From: Sumerlaeia bacterium
GTDB taxonomy: Bacteria; Sumerlaeota; Sumerlaeia; SLMS01; JAHLLQ01
Assembly (NCBI GenBank): GCA_040219255.1
Contig: JAVJSW010000068.1
Span: forward strand, 1-64,000
DNA: 64,000 bases
Direction of reading: 5' to 3'
The notes under the pieces: model-generated
Databases searched by the model: none
What the model was told of the DNA's origin: nothing
The model's input: the letters and a program-made list of their open reading frames with translations, nothing else
Shown here: one piece after another, positions 26,889 through 36,252 of the stretch
How positions within the stretch are numbered: the stretch's first letter is position 1
Layout: every line of letters starts with the position of its first letter
Position numbers and translations under genes: made by a program

Positions 26889-27093
26889 CGCCCATGATCG
26901 CCCGCGCCCGCCAGTGCATCGCCGACGTGAGAGACAACCCGCTGGTGCGGGCGACCTCGCCGTTTCGGACGTGGTGGGGAAGGATGTGGGTGGCGGTGCT
27001 GGCGGTTGGGTGCTTGGGGGTTGGGATATTTTGCGTGGGGTGTTTTGTGGCCGATGTGCGGCAGGGGGGGATCGAAAACTATCGAGCCTATTT
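26889..27093 (+). repeat. 5' conserved block of tandem duplication (second copy at 28564..28768)
   Basis: CGCCCATGATCGC...AACTATCGAGCCTATTT repeated at offset 1675; first ~95 bp nearly identical. Confidence 0.92.
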
Positions 27094-28453
27094 CCACCCC
27101 ATTTATGTGAAGTATATCCTTTGGCTCCCGATCGTGTTCGGCGCGGCTGTATTTCTGGCCATGGCAGCAATCTGGAACAGGTGGAAGGATCGGCTGGAGG
27201 AGATCGGGCTGACGGAGACGAGGGCCGGGGAAGCCGCCTGCGGGCTGCTCTTTTGGCCGGTGGCGTTGGCGGGGTTCTGCGCGGCGTTTCTGATAGCGCC
27301 GCTGGTGTTGGCTTCCTCAACCCCCTACATGGTGTTTCGCGGGCGCCATGAAGCCATCGAGTTCTTTTTGATTCTCCATTCGGCGTCTGAGTTTTCTCAC
27401 CACGCAATCAATATGACGATGGGGATCTCGGCGGGAGTTCTGGTTGCTAGCCTGGATTGGGCAAGGCTGTTCACGAAAGCATTCATTTTCTTCGCTTTCT
27501 CTTTTTTATTTTACTATGCCTTGTCGATTCTTGTGCCCGAAGTCACACATTTTTTCCCTGATACTCTGATCATGTTCCTGATTCTGGAAGCCATCCTCTT
27601 TGTCTCTGTGATCTTGGCCCTCGCTTGCTTCGTCATCCCCCTATGCCTGCTTGCGTTCCATTCCTTTCGCGCTCTCGTGCTCAGCCGCCTCGACCCGGTC
27701 CGTTTCGAAATGAACTCCTTTCGCGGCATGCGCCGGAGCTGGAATGCGATGGACAAAGCCAAGCGCGTGGCGAAGGTGGAGAGGTGGAAACCCTTGAGAC
27801 GGACGGGCTGGAACACCGGATCCGCCATAGCCATTTCCGTCGTCTTCGCCGGCTTCTGCCCTCTCTTGTTTCAAATGGAGGATGCGACCGGTCTTCTCTT
27901 GGTTTTTTCTTTTGTCCTTGCATCCTGTTTCTCGCTCTCGATCTTTTCTTCAAAGAGCGTGCTTCTGGCGGGAACCAGTAACGGCCTTTGGCGATTTGAT
28001 CTCTATTTACTTCTGAGTTGCTTTACTCTCTTGCTTTTTTTTCAAATGGATTACCTGGATCTACGCTTTCATATCCTTCAACTTATCATCGCTTTCTTGG
28101 TGCTTTCTTTTCCGTACTTTCTCTTGCTGTCGGCTTACCTTTACGCTCTCTTCGCCGGTCCGTCTGAGAAACGACTTCTTCTGTTGGGAGCCTTGTCCTT
28201 GGTTGGGGCGCAGGCCTTCTTGTGGGTGCTTTACAACGGTCTCGTGGCCTGTGGTGCGGATGCTGCTTTCGCGCTGAAAATCCAAATCGAGGCCCTCATT
28301 TCCTCCTCCATCGCCCTCTTCTTCTCGGGCCCGATCCTCCTCCCCCTCTGCATTCACTACATCCACCGCCGCCACTTCGCCGGAGCCAACCCTGGCGACA
28401 TCGTCCGGATTCATCGCGGCAAATCGGAGGTCCTCCCATGCCCCGTTTCCTAA
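26894..28453 (+). CDS. Polytopic membrane protein, copy 1 (519 aa)
   Basis: About 12 hydrophobic segments; NPLVR and RLEEIGLT motifs; paralog of 28569..30128. Confidence 0.85.
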   Translation: MIARARQCIADVRDNPLVRATSPFRTWWGRMWVAVLAVGCLGVGIFCVGCFVADVRQGGIENYRAYFHPIYVKYILWLPIVFGAAVFLAMAAIWNRWKDRLEEIGLTETRAGEAACGLLFWPVALAGFCAAFLIAPLVLASSTPYMVFRGRHEAIEFFLILHSASEFSHHAINMTMGISAGVLVASLDWARLFTKAFIFFAFSFLFYYALSILVPEVTHFFPDTLIMFLILEAILFVSVILALACFVIPLCLLAFHSFRALVLSRLDPVRFEMNSFRGMRRSWNAMDKAKRVAKVERWKPLRRTGWNTGSAIAISVVFAGFCPLLFQMEDATGLLLVFSFVLASCFSLSIFSSKSVLLAGTSNGLWRFDLYLLLSCFTLLLFFQMDYLDLRFHILQLIIAFLVLSFPYFLLLSAYLYALFAGPSEKRLLLLGALSLVGAQAFLWVLYNGLVACGADAAFALKIQIEALISSSIALFFSGPILLPLCIHYIHRRHFAGANPGDIVRIHRGKSEVLPCPVS

Positions 28454-28525
28454 TCCTCGGTACCGGCCCTCTGATCGACGAAGCGGGCGCCCGGCAGGTG
28501 TCGGGGCAGTGTTTGCGGACGGTGC
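28328..28525 (+). repeat. 3' conserved block of tandem duplication (second copy at 30003..30200)
   Basis: GGCCCGATCCTCCTCCCCCTCTGC...GTTTGCGGACGGTGC repeated at offset 1675, running into the start of the glycosyltransferase. Confidence 0.92.
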
Positions 28526-28572
28526 GGCCGGCCTGTCCCATTCTGCGCAGAGGAGATACAAGCCGCCCATGA
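28438..28572 (+). pseudogene. Duplicated N-terminal fragment of the glycosyltransferase (44 aa)
   Basis: MPRFLILGTGPLIDEAGARQVSGQCLRTV is identical to the start of the 30113 gene; its TGA overlaps the ATG at 28569. Confidence 0.85.
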
Positions 28573-30128
28573 TCGCTCGCGCCCGCCTGTGCATCGCCGA
28601 CGTGAGAGACAACCCGCTGGTGCGGGCGACCTCGCCGTTTCGGACGTGGTGGGGAAGGATGGGGGTGGTGCTGCTGGGGGTTGGGTGTTTGGGGGTGGGG
28701 ATGTTTTGTGCGGGGTGTTTTGTCGCCGATGTGCGGCATGGCGGGATCGGAAACTATCGAGCCTATTTTTGGATTGCTTCTATTGACTTCACACGTTGGT
28801 TGCCCATGTTTATTGGAGCAGCCGTCTTTCTATCAGTCTTGGCCAAATTGCACAAGTGGATGGGACGGCTGGAGGAAATCGGCATGACCAGAATGAGCGC
28901 TGGGGAGGTTGTCCTGGGGCTGTTGTTTTGGCCGGTGTTCATAGCGGCGGTTTCTGGGCTTCTATTGATACTGGCGCTTCTCTTGTTTCGCATTACTCCG
29001 ATTGTCGCCCTTCGTTCGAGGTACGATCTCACCTTACTTGGGCTTACTTTTCAATTCGCCATGGAATTTATAGATCTATTTTTCCCAATCGCGATCGGCA
29101 TACTCGTGGGACTGCTTGTGGCGATTTTCGATCAAGTGCATACCGCAGTTAGACTTGTTGTATTTCTTGTATTGTCTTATCTCGTAGTCGATATGGCCTG
29201 GTGGTTGACGCCAGATTTCGATCCTGCCGTTCCGTCAGATCCCGCCTACATCGGCTTGTTGACTCTCATGGGAGGAATCGGTATACTTTGGCTCTTTCTG
29301 GCGTTGGTCATTCCGCTAATCGTGCTGGCCTGCTTTCTGTTCCAAGTCGCCTCCATCAACCGCCTGCGTCCAACCGTCATGGAGCGACACTTCTTTCGCG
29401 GACAAAGACAAGCATGGAAAGAATTGCCGACGCGAGTGCGCGCCCAGAAGCTAAGGCACTGGAAGACAGCCCAGAAAGTCTCCTGGAACTGGCGAGGCAT
29501 GGCAGCGATATCCGTGCTCTTATCCGGGTTTTGCCTGTTTGTACGAAATACCCAGCAAGATTTCTGGCTTCTGCTAGACTTCTCCTTGGTACTCTCAGCA
29601 TGTTTTATCTTATCAATTTTTGCAAGGCAGACCACTTTTATGGCAGGGACTGCAAAAGGGGTGTGGCGCCCTGAGCTCATTTTCGTATTATTGCTTTTTT
29701 GCACCGTTTTTTATTTAAAATTCAATAGATCTACAATTGCCCAGGACGGAATAGACCTTTTATTAACCATATTAGTTTCATCTTTTGCATTCTTCTTCGT
29801 CTTATCAAGCTACCTTTTTGCTGCTTTTGCCAACACCGCTGCTAAAATTTTTTTAGCAGCGGTGGCATTGTCGATTCCGGCGACATATTACGCATTGCAA
29901 CTCGTCGTGTTGAACCTGATTTTCCTAGGGTTTGATGAGTATCTGGCCGAAAGATTTGCGCGCCAGATCTCAGGTTCCATCGCCACTGCCCTTTTCCTCT
30001 CCGGCCCGATCCTCCTCCCCCTCTGCATTCACTACATCCACCGCCGCCACTTCGCCGGTGCCAACGCCGGCGACATCGTGCGGATTCATCGCGGCAAGTC
30101 GGAGGTCCTCCCATGCCCCGTTTCCTAA
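28569..30128 (+). CDS. Polytopic membrane protein, copy 2 (519 aa)
   Basis: GAGGAG upstream; same start and end peptides as copy 1; AT-rich core. Confidence 0.85.
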   Translation: MIARARLCIADVRDNPLVRATSPFRTWWGRMGVVLLGVGCLGVGMFCAGCFVADVRHGGIGNYRAYFWIASIDFTRWLPMFIGAAVFLSVLAKLHKWMGRLEEIGMTRMSAGEVVLGLLFWPVFIAAVSGLLLILALLLFRITPIVALRSRYDLTLLGLTFQFAMEFIDLFFPIAIGILVGLLVAIFDQVHTAVRLVVFLVLSYLVVDMAWWLTPDFDPAVPSDPAYIGLLTLMGGIGILWLFLALVIPLIVLACFLFQVASINRLRPTVMERHFFRGQRQAWKELPTRVRAQKLRHWKTAQKVSWNWRGMAAISVLLSGFCLFVRNTQQDFWLLLDFSLVLSACFILSIFARQTTFMAGTAKGVWRPELIFVLLLFCTVFYLKFNRSTIAQDGIDLLLTILVSSFAFFFVLSSYLFAAFANTAAKIFLAAVALSIPATYYALQLVVLNLIFLGFDEYLAERFARQISGSIATALFLSGPILLPLCIHYIHRRHFAGANAGDIVRIHRGKSEVLPCPVS

Positions 30129-31525
30129 TCCTCGGTACCGGTCCACTCATCGACGAAGCGGGCGCCCGGCAGGTGTCGGGGCAGTGTTTGCGGACGGTGC
30201 ATTTTGTGCGGCCGATGCGGGCGGCGGGGCATGAGGTGCGGCTGCTGACGGTGCCGATTCCGGGGGCGGAGGACGCCAGGGCGGGACGGTTGGAGACGGC
30301 AGATGGGATTGTGTACGAGGCCTTGGCGTCGCACGGGCAGGACGCGGCGCTGGCGAGGCTCCGTGAGGTGCTGGCGGCGGAGGCGTTCGACGGCGCCGTG
30401 GGTATCAATGCGTATCCGGCTTACCTGCTGGCGCGGGCACTGGCGGGGCGGGGGCTGCCGCTGTGGGCGGATCTGAACGGGTGGACGATGGCCGAGGGTC
30501 AGACGCGGGCGGCGCTAGTGGGGCACGATGGCGACATGCCGCATTTCTGGCGCCTGGAGGCGGAGGTGCTGCTGCGGGCCGACCGGTTTTCGACGGTGAG
30601 CGAACGCCAGGGCGATGCCCTTTACGGCGAGCTGGCGATGGTGGGACGGTTGAATCGGCACACCTTCGATCATCCCTTCGCGGCCCCGGTGCCAAACGCG
30701 GTGCATGCGTTGTACGCGGGGCTGGAGCGGAGCGCGGATTTGCCCGCCTGCCTGGCGGGGCGCGGCATCGCGGCGGACGCGCCGCTGATTCTGTGGAGCG
30801 GCGGGTTCAACACCTGGACGGACGCGGGACTGCTGACGGAGGCGCTGGCGCGGGTGCTCGAAACCGTGCCCGAGTCTCATTTCGTGGCCACTGGGGGCGC
30901 GGTGACGGGGCACGACGACACGACCTACCGGAGGTTCCGCGAGATGGCGGCGGAGCGGCTGCCTGCCGGGCGGGTGCATTTGCTGGGGTGGGTGCCGATC
31001 GAGGACGTGGTGGCGCTGCACGCGCGGGCGGACGTGGGACTGAACGTGGACGCGCCGAACACGGAGACGCGCTTTGGGGCCCGCAACCGGCTGACGAACA
31101 TGATGGGCGCGGGAATGGCGGTGGTGACGACGGCGGGGACGGAGATCGCGGCCTGGATCGCGGAGCGGGACGCCGGGTGGGTGGTGGCGCCGCGGGATGC
31201 GGAGGCGCTGGGCGGGGCGATGGCGGAGGCGTTGACCGGCCGCGATTTGGCGAGAGCGCGGGCCCAGCGCGGCCAGCGGGCCGCACGCGAGGCCTTTGCC
31301 CCGGAAGCGACGTTGACGCCTTTCCTGTCGTGGTGCGAGAAGCCGGAGTGCGCTCCAGACCGCGCCGAAGGCCCGGCCAATCCGCTTGCGGAATGGACCC
31401 GTTTGCAGGCTGATGGAGCGGTGGAAGGATTGTTGCTCGACCGGGCTTCGCTGCGCAATTTGCGGGCGAAGTGGCCGTTGCGCCTCTGGCGCGCGGCGAA
31501 GGGAAAATTCGGGCGGCGGTCCTGA
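30113..31525 (+). CDS. Glycosyltransferase, GT4-like (GT-B fold)
   Basis: ADRFSTVSERQ, LWSGGFNTW.D, LLGWVP, RNRL..MMGAG..VVTT.GTE. Confidence 0.88.
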   Translation: MPRFLILGTGPLIDEAGARQVSGQCLRTVHFVRPMRAAGHEVRLLTVPIPGAEDARAGRLETADGIVYEALASHGQDAALARLREVLAAEAFDGAVGINAYPAYLLARALAGRGLPLWADLNGWTMAEGQTRAALVGHDGDMPHFWRLEAEVLLRADRFSTVSERQGDALYGELAMVGRLNRHTFDHPFAAPVPNAVHALYAGLERSADLPACLAGRGIAADAPLILWSGGFNTWTDAGLLTEALARVLETVPESHFVATGGAVTGHDDTTYRRFREMAAERLPAGRVHLLGWVPIEDVVALHARADVGLNVDAPNTETRFGARNRLTNMMGAGMAVVTTAGTEIAAWIAERDAGWVVAPRDAEALGGAMAEALTGRDLARARAQRGQRAAREAFAPEATLTPFLSWCEKPECAPDRAEGPANPLAEWTRLQADGAVEGLLLDRASLRNLRAKWPLRLWRAAKGKFGRRS

Positions 31526-31581
31526 CCGATAGAGGCATATTATAGGCAAACACTCGCGCGTGAGGGAGTTGAACTTTGCGG

Positions 31582-33480
31582 ATGCGTCAAGCGATCAAGA
31601 GAACACTGAACCGGGTCAGCGGGGTGGCAGGGGCCGCGCTGCTGCTGAGCGCTCTGGCGGGTTCGGCCCGCGCGCAATTGCCCGGCACCCAGGCCTACTA
31701 CACCGATCCCTGGCGCCCCGATCCGGGCGTGGCGGTGGCCACGGTGGGACCGGAAACGATTTCGGAGGCCGACGTGTACGTCTGGCAATTGATGGTGGGG
31801 GCGGACGCGCTGGTGGTGAAAGACTGGGGCGAGGCGGAGCCGGGCACGAACGACGCGCAGTTGCTGGCGCTGGAGCGCGCGGTGCGTCAGATGCTGGAGT
31901 ACCGGTTGCTGGCGGAAACGCCGGAGGCGCGCCAGGGTCTGGGCGATTCCGCTGCGGAGAAGGGCGCCCGGACGTACTTCGACGCGGTGTCGGAATGGCT
32001 CTTCGCCGACGAAATCGTGGCGCCGAAGCTGAGAATCGACGAAGCCGACGTGGCGCTCTACTACCGCACGAACATCGCGACGGGGGCCGAGACGGGCACG
32101 GGGGCGTTCGGGGCCGCACCGGCCCGGCTGGTGGTGCGGCGTCTGCGGGTGCCCTACGATCAGCCGGTGTCGGAAGATTCGCGGGCCCGGGCGCGCCAGA
32201 CCGCCGGGTTCCTGTCGGCCCAGGCCCAGCGGCGCGGCGGGTTGAGGCCGCTGCTGGAGATCAACCCGCAGTTCGTCGTCGATCCGCTGCCCGAGGGTTC
32301 GCGCGAAATCACCGTGGGTCAGCGGGAAATCAACCCCCTGGTCGAGCAAGTGGCCCTCGGCCTGGAGGAAGGCGAGGTGAGCCGGCCGGTGTCGCTGCCG
32401 GACGCGGTGGTGCTGGTGGAATTGGTGAGCCGCATCGAGAATCCGGCGCCTTCCATCGAGGAAGTGGCGCCGGAGATTCGCCGCATCCTGCGCAAGGGGC
32501 TGATTTGGTCCCAGACGTCTTATCGGCTGGGCGAGGAATTTCGCAATGCCCGCCCCATCAATCGGGTGCATCTGCTCCCGTTCATGAGCGGCGACACGGA
32601 ATTGTACCGCGTTCGGGATTTTCGGATGACCAATGAGGAATTCGCCGACTTCGCGCCGGAAATCGCCGCGCTGGTGATGAACGAGGGGACGGTGCCGTTG
32701 CCCGTGGTGGGCGTGGTCGCCGATTGGGTACGGGGCGAAGTGCTGAATCAGACGGTCGAGCGCTCCGGTGTCGCGGCGGGCGATCCTCGCTTCGCCGCGG
32801 CGCGGGTGATGGCGGATGACCTGGTTCTGGGAACGCAGGCGCTGCGCGTGTTACGGGCGCAGGTAAAGCCCACGACGGAGGAAGTGGCGGCCTACGCCCT
32901 GGAGAACCGCGACGCTCTCTACCCGCCGACCCAGAAGGGCATTTGGCGGATGACCCTGGCGCCGCAGGAAAGCGCGGCCCTCTCGGCGGCGGAGCAGGCG
33001 CGGCTCGCGGCCTTGATGGAGCTTTACCTGCGGGGGTTGCTTCAGGACGCGAAGCGCCTCCTGGCAGAGCGCGCGGAGTTGACCGGACCGGGGGCTTTTC
33101 TGGTGCCGCAGGCGGTCGTCGATCGCCTGCCCCAGCCTCCCGACGACCGTTATCGGCGGACCATGGAATTCGTCGCGGATCTGGACCCGCGGGCGGCCCG
33201 CGAGCAACTCGGTTTCGACGTGGCGGGTTTGACGCCGGGCCAGTTCTCCGAGCCGCTCCGGCGGCCCGACGGCAGCTTCACGGTGTATTATGTGGCCTCC
33301 GAGGTTCAGCGCCCCGCCCCGGCCCCCAAGGCATTGGAAGCGCTGGCGCGGCGAGAGCTGGTGCAAGAGCGGGCCCGGGGGGCGGCGTTGGAAGAGTTGG
33401 CGGACATGGAGATCGAGGGGCGGCTGCGCTTTAATTTCCCCACCGCTGGAATAAGCCTTGCCAACATGACGGCAGAATAA
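31582..33480 (+). CDS. Exported SurA/PrsA-like chaperone with degenerate parvulin domains
   Basis: Signal peptide ending ARA; VATVGPETIS; two LEEGEVSRPV / LTPGQFSEPL parvulin-type segments. Confidence 0.65.
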   Translation: MRQAIKRTLNRVSGVAGAALLLSALAGSARAQLPGTQAYYTDPWRPDPGVAVATVGPETISEADVYVWQLMVGADALVVKDWGEAEPGTNDAQLLALERAVRQMLEYRLLAETPEARQGLGDSAAEKGARTYFDAVSEWLFADEIVAPKLRIDEADVALYYRTNIATGAETGTGAFGAAPARLVVRRLRVPYDQPVSEDSRARARQTAGFLSAQAQRRGGLRPLLEINPQFVVDPLPEGSREITVGQREINPLVEQVALGLEEGEVSRPVSLPDAVVLVELVSRIENPAPSIEEVAPEIRRILRKGLIWSQTSYRLGEEFRNARPINRVHLLPFMSGDTELYRVRDFRMTNEEFADFAPEIAALVMNEGTVPLPVVGVVADWVRGEVLNQTVERSGVAAGDPRFAAARVMADDLVLGTQALRVLRAQVKPTTEEVAAYALENRDALYPPTQKGIWRMTLAPQESAALSAAEQARLAALMELYLRGLLQDAKRLLAERAELTGPGAFLVPQAVVDRLPQPPDDRYRRTMEFVADLDPRAAREQLGFDVAGLTPGQFSEPLRRPDGSFTVYYVASEVQRPAPAPKALEALARRELVQERARGAALEELADMEIEGRLRFNFPTAGISLANMTAE

Positions 33481-33528
33481 ACATAAAGATAAATCTTGTC
33501 ACAAAAGGAGCCCGCCGGGACGGTCGCC

Positions 33529-34059
33529 ATGAGCCCCTCCGACCACTCGAAATGGCAGGCTGGAGGACGCACGGCCTCTGGCCGCGGCGCCTGGGGACGG
33601 TTGGCGCCGCGGACGCGCCGGGTGGTGGCCTGTGGCGTGGGGGCTCTGCTGCTGGGGGCGGTGGTGCTGATATCCGTCTTTCTGCTCCGCGCCTATCGGT
33701 TCGAGAAATGGGCGGTTCGCGACGCGGTGGAGCTCAAACCCTACGAGCACGTTCTCTATTCGGTCCATTCGGACGCGGCGACGGATCGGCAGTTGCCGGC
33801 GGCGCTACTGGACGGGCTGGACGGTCCGGACCGGGTCGTTCTGGCGGAAACGGCTCGTGGGCGCCTGGCGATTCATGTGTCGCGCAGCGACTACCGGGCG
33901 GATTGGGACGGCACCGGCCTTTGGGTGAAGGTGTATCTGGAAACGCGTCATCCATCGAATCCGGCGGTGACCAAGGCGGTGAAGGTGCTGAATCATTTGG
34001 AGCAGCAGCCAAACGGCCAGTGGTACGTCGCCGAGACGAGGGCGCTGACGATTCCTTAG
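33529..34059 (+). CDS. Hypothetical single-TM protein
   Basis: One TM helix plus a soluble domain. Start uncertain (33496 or 33529). Confidence 0.65.
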   Translation: MSPSDHSKWQAGGRTASGRGAWGRLAPRTRRVVACGVGALLLGAVVLISVFLLRAYRFEKWAVRDAVELKPYEHVLYSVHSDAATDRQLPAALLDGLDGPDRVVLAETARGRLAIHVSRSDYRADWDGTGLWVKVYLETRHPSNPAVTKAVKVLNHLEQQPNGQWYVAETRALTIP

Positions 34060-34385
34060 CGTTCGCCGCCGCCGAGCAATGCCGTCCTCACATCCGGCGA
34101 CCGCCAAAGGCGCATGGCCAGGTAGATCAGCGTCACTAGATTGCCCAACAGCAAAAGCCCCAGGGCCCAGATCGGCACCGTCCAGCGGGGCCGTTCGATC
34201 GCGCCGATCCAGGCGATCACGAACAGAAACCCCAGATACAAATCGATCGTCGCCACCCACCCCCAGCGATAATCGAGCAGCGCGCCGAAGCCGGCGAGGA
34301 CGTCCGATTCGGCGGACGCCCAGACGATGGAGCCGGTGAAGCCAGCCGCCAAAGACAAACAGATGAGGAGGAGAAGGTGGCGCAT
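34056..34385 (-). CDS. DUF1475-like membrane protein
   Basis: WGWVATIDLYLGF..WI..ER..W...LLGNL..YL pattern. Confidence 0.75.
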   Translation of the reverse strand: MRHLLLLICLSLAAGFTGSIVWASAESDVLAGFGALLDYRWGWVATIDLYLGFLFVIAWIGAIERPRWTVPIWALGLLLLGNLVTLIYLAMRLWRSPDVRTALLGGGER

Positions 34386-34431
34386 GGCAGAGGGAGAGTC
34401 CTTTTCGAGACAGAAAGTGGAGAGAACAAAA

Positions 34432-34467
34432 AAACGACCAAATCAATCAAATCGTTCAATTCGTTCA
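34432..34467. promoter_or_regulatory. Four tandem 9-bp direct repeats, candidate operator
   Basis: AAACGACCA AATCAATCA AATCGTTCA ATTCGTTCA in the divergent promoter region upstream of the HTH-B12 regulator. Confidence 0.55.
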
Positions 34468-34567
34468 AAAACCTCTTGCCAGGATCGGGCCACTCATGAT
34501 GACCTCCTTTCGTCAGGCCCCAGGGGTTGATCCCGAATGGCGGCCTATTGATTGGTACGATTGATTG

Positions 34568-35482
34568 ATGTCCGATTGGCTTCACAGAACTCCAGCAGAG
34601 GACCGGTTGCTGACCTCGCGCGAAGTAGCCCAAGCGCTGGGCGTAAGCGAGTCCTCGGCGAAGAGATGGGCCGACAGCGGTCAGATTCCTGTGACGCGAA
34701 CTCTGGGGGGACACCGGCGCATTCGACTGTCCGATGCGATCCGGTTCATCAGAGATAAGCGGCTTCCGTTGGCGCGCCCCGATTTGCTCGGGCTGCCGGC
34801 GGGAGCCACTTCTTTTTCCGCCGCGGCCACGCCATGGGCCGCGCTGCGCGACGCTCTCCTGGCGGGCGATGAGGAGCGGGCCCTCGAGTCGATCTTCTCC
34901 GCGTTTCTGGATGGCGACCCGCTGGCCGAAATCGCCGATGGTCTGATTTCTCCCGCCATGGAGCATCTGGGTACTCTCTGGGCCCATTCGCCCGATGGCA
35001 TCCTGGTCGAGCACCGGGCCTTCGACATCGTGATGAGGGCGCTGCGCCGGATTCAGGACTTGCTGCCACGGCCGGCCCCAGGTGCACCCGTGGCGGTGGG
35101 GGGCGCTCCACCAGGCGACGTCTATACGATGCCGAGTCTTTGTGCCTCCCTCGTCTTTCAGGAGGCTGGCTTTCGAGCCATCAATCTCGGGGCGCAAACC
35201 CCCTGGGAGACATTGATCTTGGCGTGCCGGCAGTACGGCCCCAGGGCGGTGTGGCTTTCCTTTTCGACGGAACGGGAAAACGGCGAGGACACGATTGCAT
35301 CTTTACGCCGCCTGGCCCGCGAGGGTAGAAAGTCCGGGGCCATCGTCTATTGCGGCGGGGCCGCGATGCCCGAAGCGATCGAGAAAATGAAGCCCGAGAA
35401 CATCCAACCCCTTCGCCGGTTGGCGGAGTTGGAGTCGCACCTGAAGTCCGGTGGCGAACCGAGGGAAAGGAGCCGAGTTTGA
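34568..35482 (+). CDS. Transcriptional regulator: BldC/excisionase-type HTH plus CarH-like B12-binding domains
   Basis: LLTSREVA...KRWAD.G...RTLGGHRR; W-x9-EH (WAHSPDGILVEH); NLGAQTP, AVWLS and GG Rossmann motifs. Confidence 0.85.
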   Translation: MSDWLHRTPAEDRLLTSREVAQALGVSESSAKRWADSGQIPVTRTLGGHRRIRLSDAIRFIRDKRLPLARPDLLGLPAGATSFSAAATPWAALRDALLAGDEERALESIFSAFLDGDPLAEIADGLISPAMEHLGTLWAHSPDGILVEHRAFDIVMRALRRIQDLLPRPAPGAPVAVGGAPPGDVYTMPSLCASLVFQEAGFRAINLGAQTPWETLILACRQYGPRAVWLSFSTERENGEDTIASLRRLAREGRKSGAIVYCGGAAMPEAIEKMKPENIQPLRRLAELESHLKSGGEPRERSRV

Positions 35483-36252
35483 AACGGTCCGAATATTTCC
35501 ACGAACGTGTTATCTGGATCACCGGGGCATCGTCGGGGATCGGCGCCGCCTGTGCGCGGCTCTTCGCGAAGGAAGGCGCCCGCATCGCCCTCTCGGCCCG
35601 CAGCGGGGACAAGTTGGCCCAGTTGGCCGATGAAATCGGGGGCGGCGATTGCTTGGTTCTGCCGTTCGATGTGACCGACCGCGAAGCAAACCACCGAGCC
35701 GTGGCGGCGATCCGCGAACGTTTCGGCGGCCTGGACACGGCGTTCTTCAACGCGGGCACATGGAAGCCTATGGATTTGCCCCATTTCGATCCTCGGGATT
35801 TCGACAAGACTTTTCAAGTCAACGTGATGGGGATGGTCAACGGCATCGAAGCGGCCCTGCCGGAACTGGAAAAATCGGAGCGCGGACATCTTGTGGGAAT
35901 GTCGAGTTCGGTGGCCTATCGCGGGATTCCGCGAGCCGAGGCGTATTGCGCTTCGAAGGCCGCAACCCGCGCCCTCTTGCAGGCTCTGCGCTGCCAGCTC
36001 AAACCGCGCGGGGTGCCAGTCTCCATCGTCCTGCCAGGGTTTGTGAAATCTCCCCTGACGGAAACCAACGATTTCGACATGCCTTTCCTCATGGAGACAG
36101 AGGATGCGGCCCGCAAGATCGCCATCGGTATGGCACGGTATCGCGGCGAAATCGCCTTTCCATGGCAGATGATCGCGATATTCCGCCTGCTCGCTTTGCT
36201 GCCCGATTCTCTCTACACATCCATGATGGCGAAGAAGGTGGTTCGCGGATGA
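35479..36252 (+). CDS. SDR family oxidoreductase
   Basis: TGASSGIG, NAG, YCASK, PGFVKSPLT..NDFDMPF; TTG start overlaps the upstream stop, with AGGAG RBS. Confidence 0.92.
   Translation: MKRSEYFHERVIWITGASSGIGAACARLFAKEGARIALSARSGDKLAQLADEIGGGDCLVLPFDVTDREANHRAVAAIRERFGGLDTAFFNAGTWKPMDLPHFDPRDFDKTFQVNVMGMVNGIEAALPELEKSERGHLVGMSSSVAYRGIPRAEAYCASKAATRALLQALRCQLKPRGVPVSIVLPGFVKSPLTETNDFDMPFLMETEDAARKIAIGMARYRGEIAFPWQMIAIFRLLALLPDSLYTSMMAKKVVRG

Noticed and set aside
26894-30128. Diversity-generating retroelement as the cause of paralog divergence
   Set aside because: Differences are not adenine-specific, span more than 1 kb, and no reverse transcriptase is present in the window.
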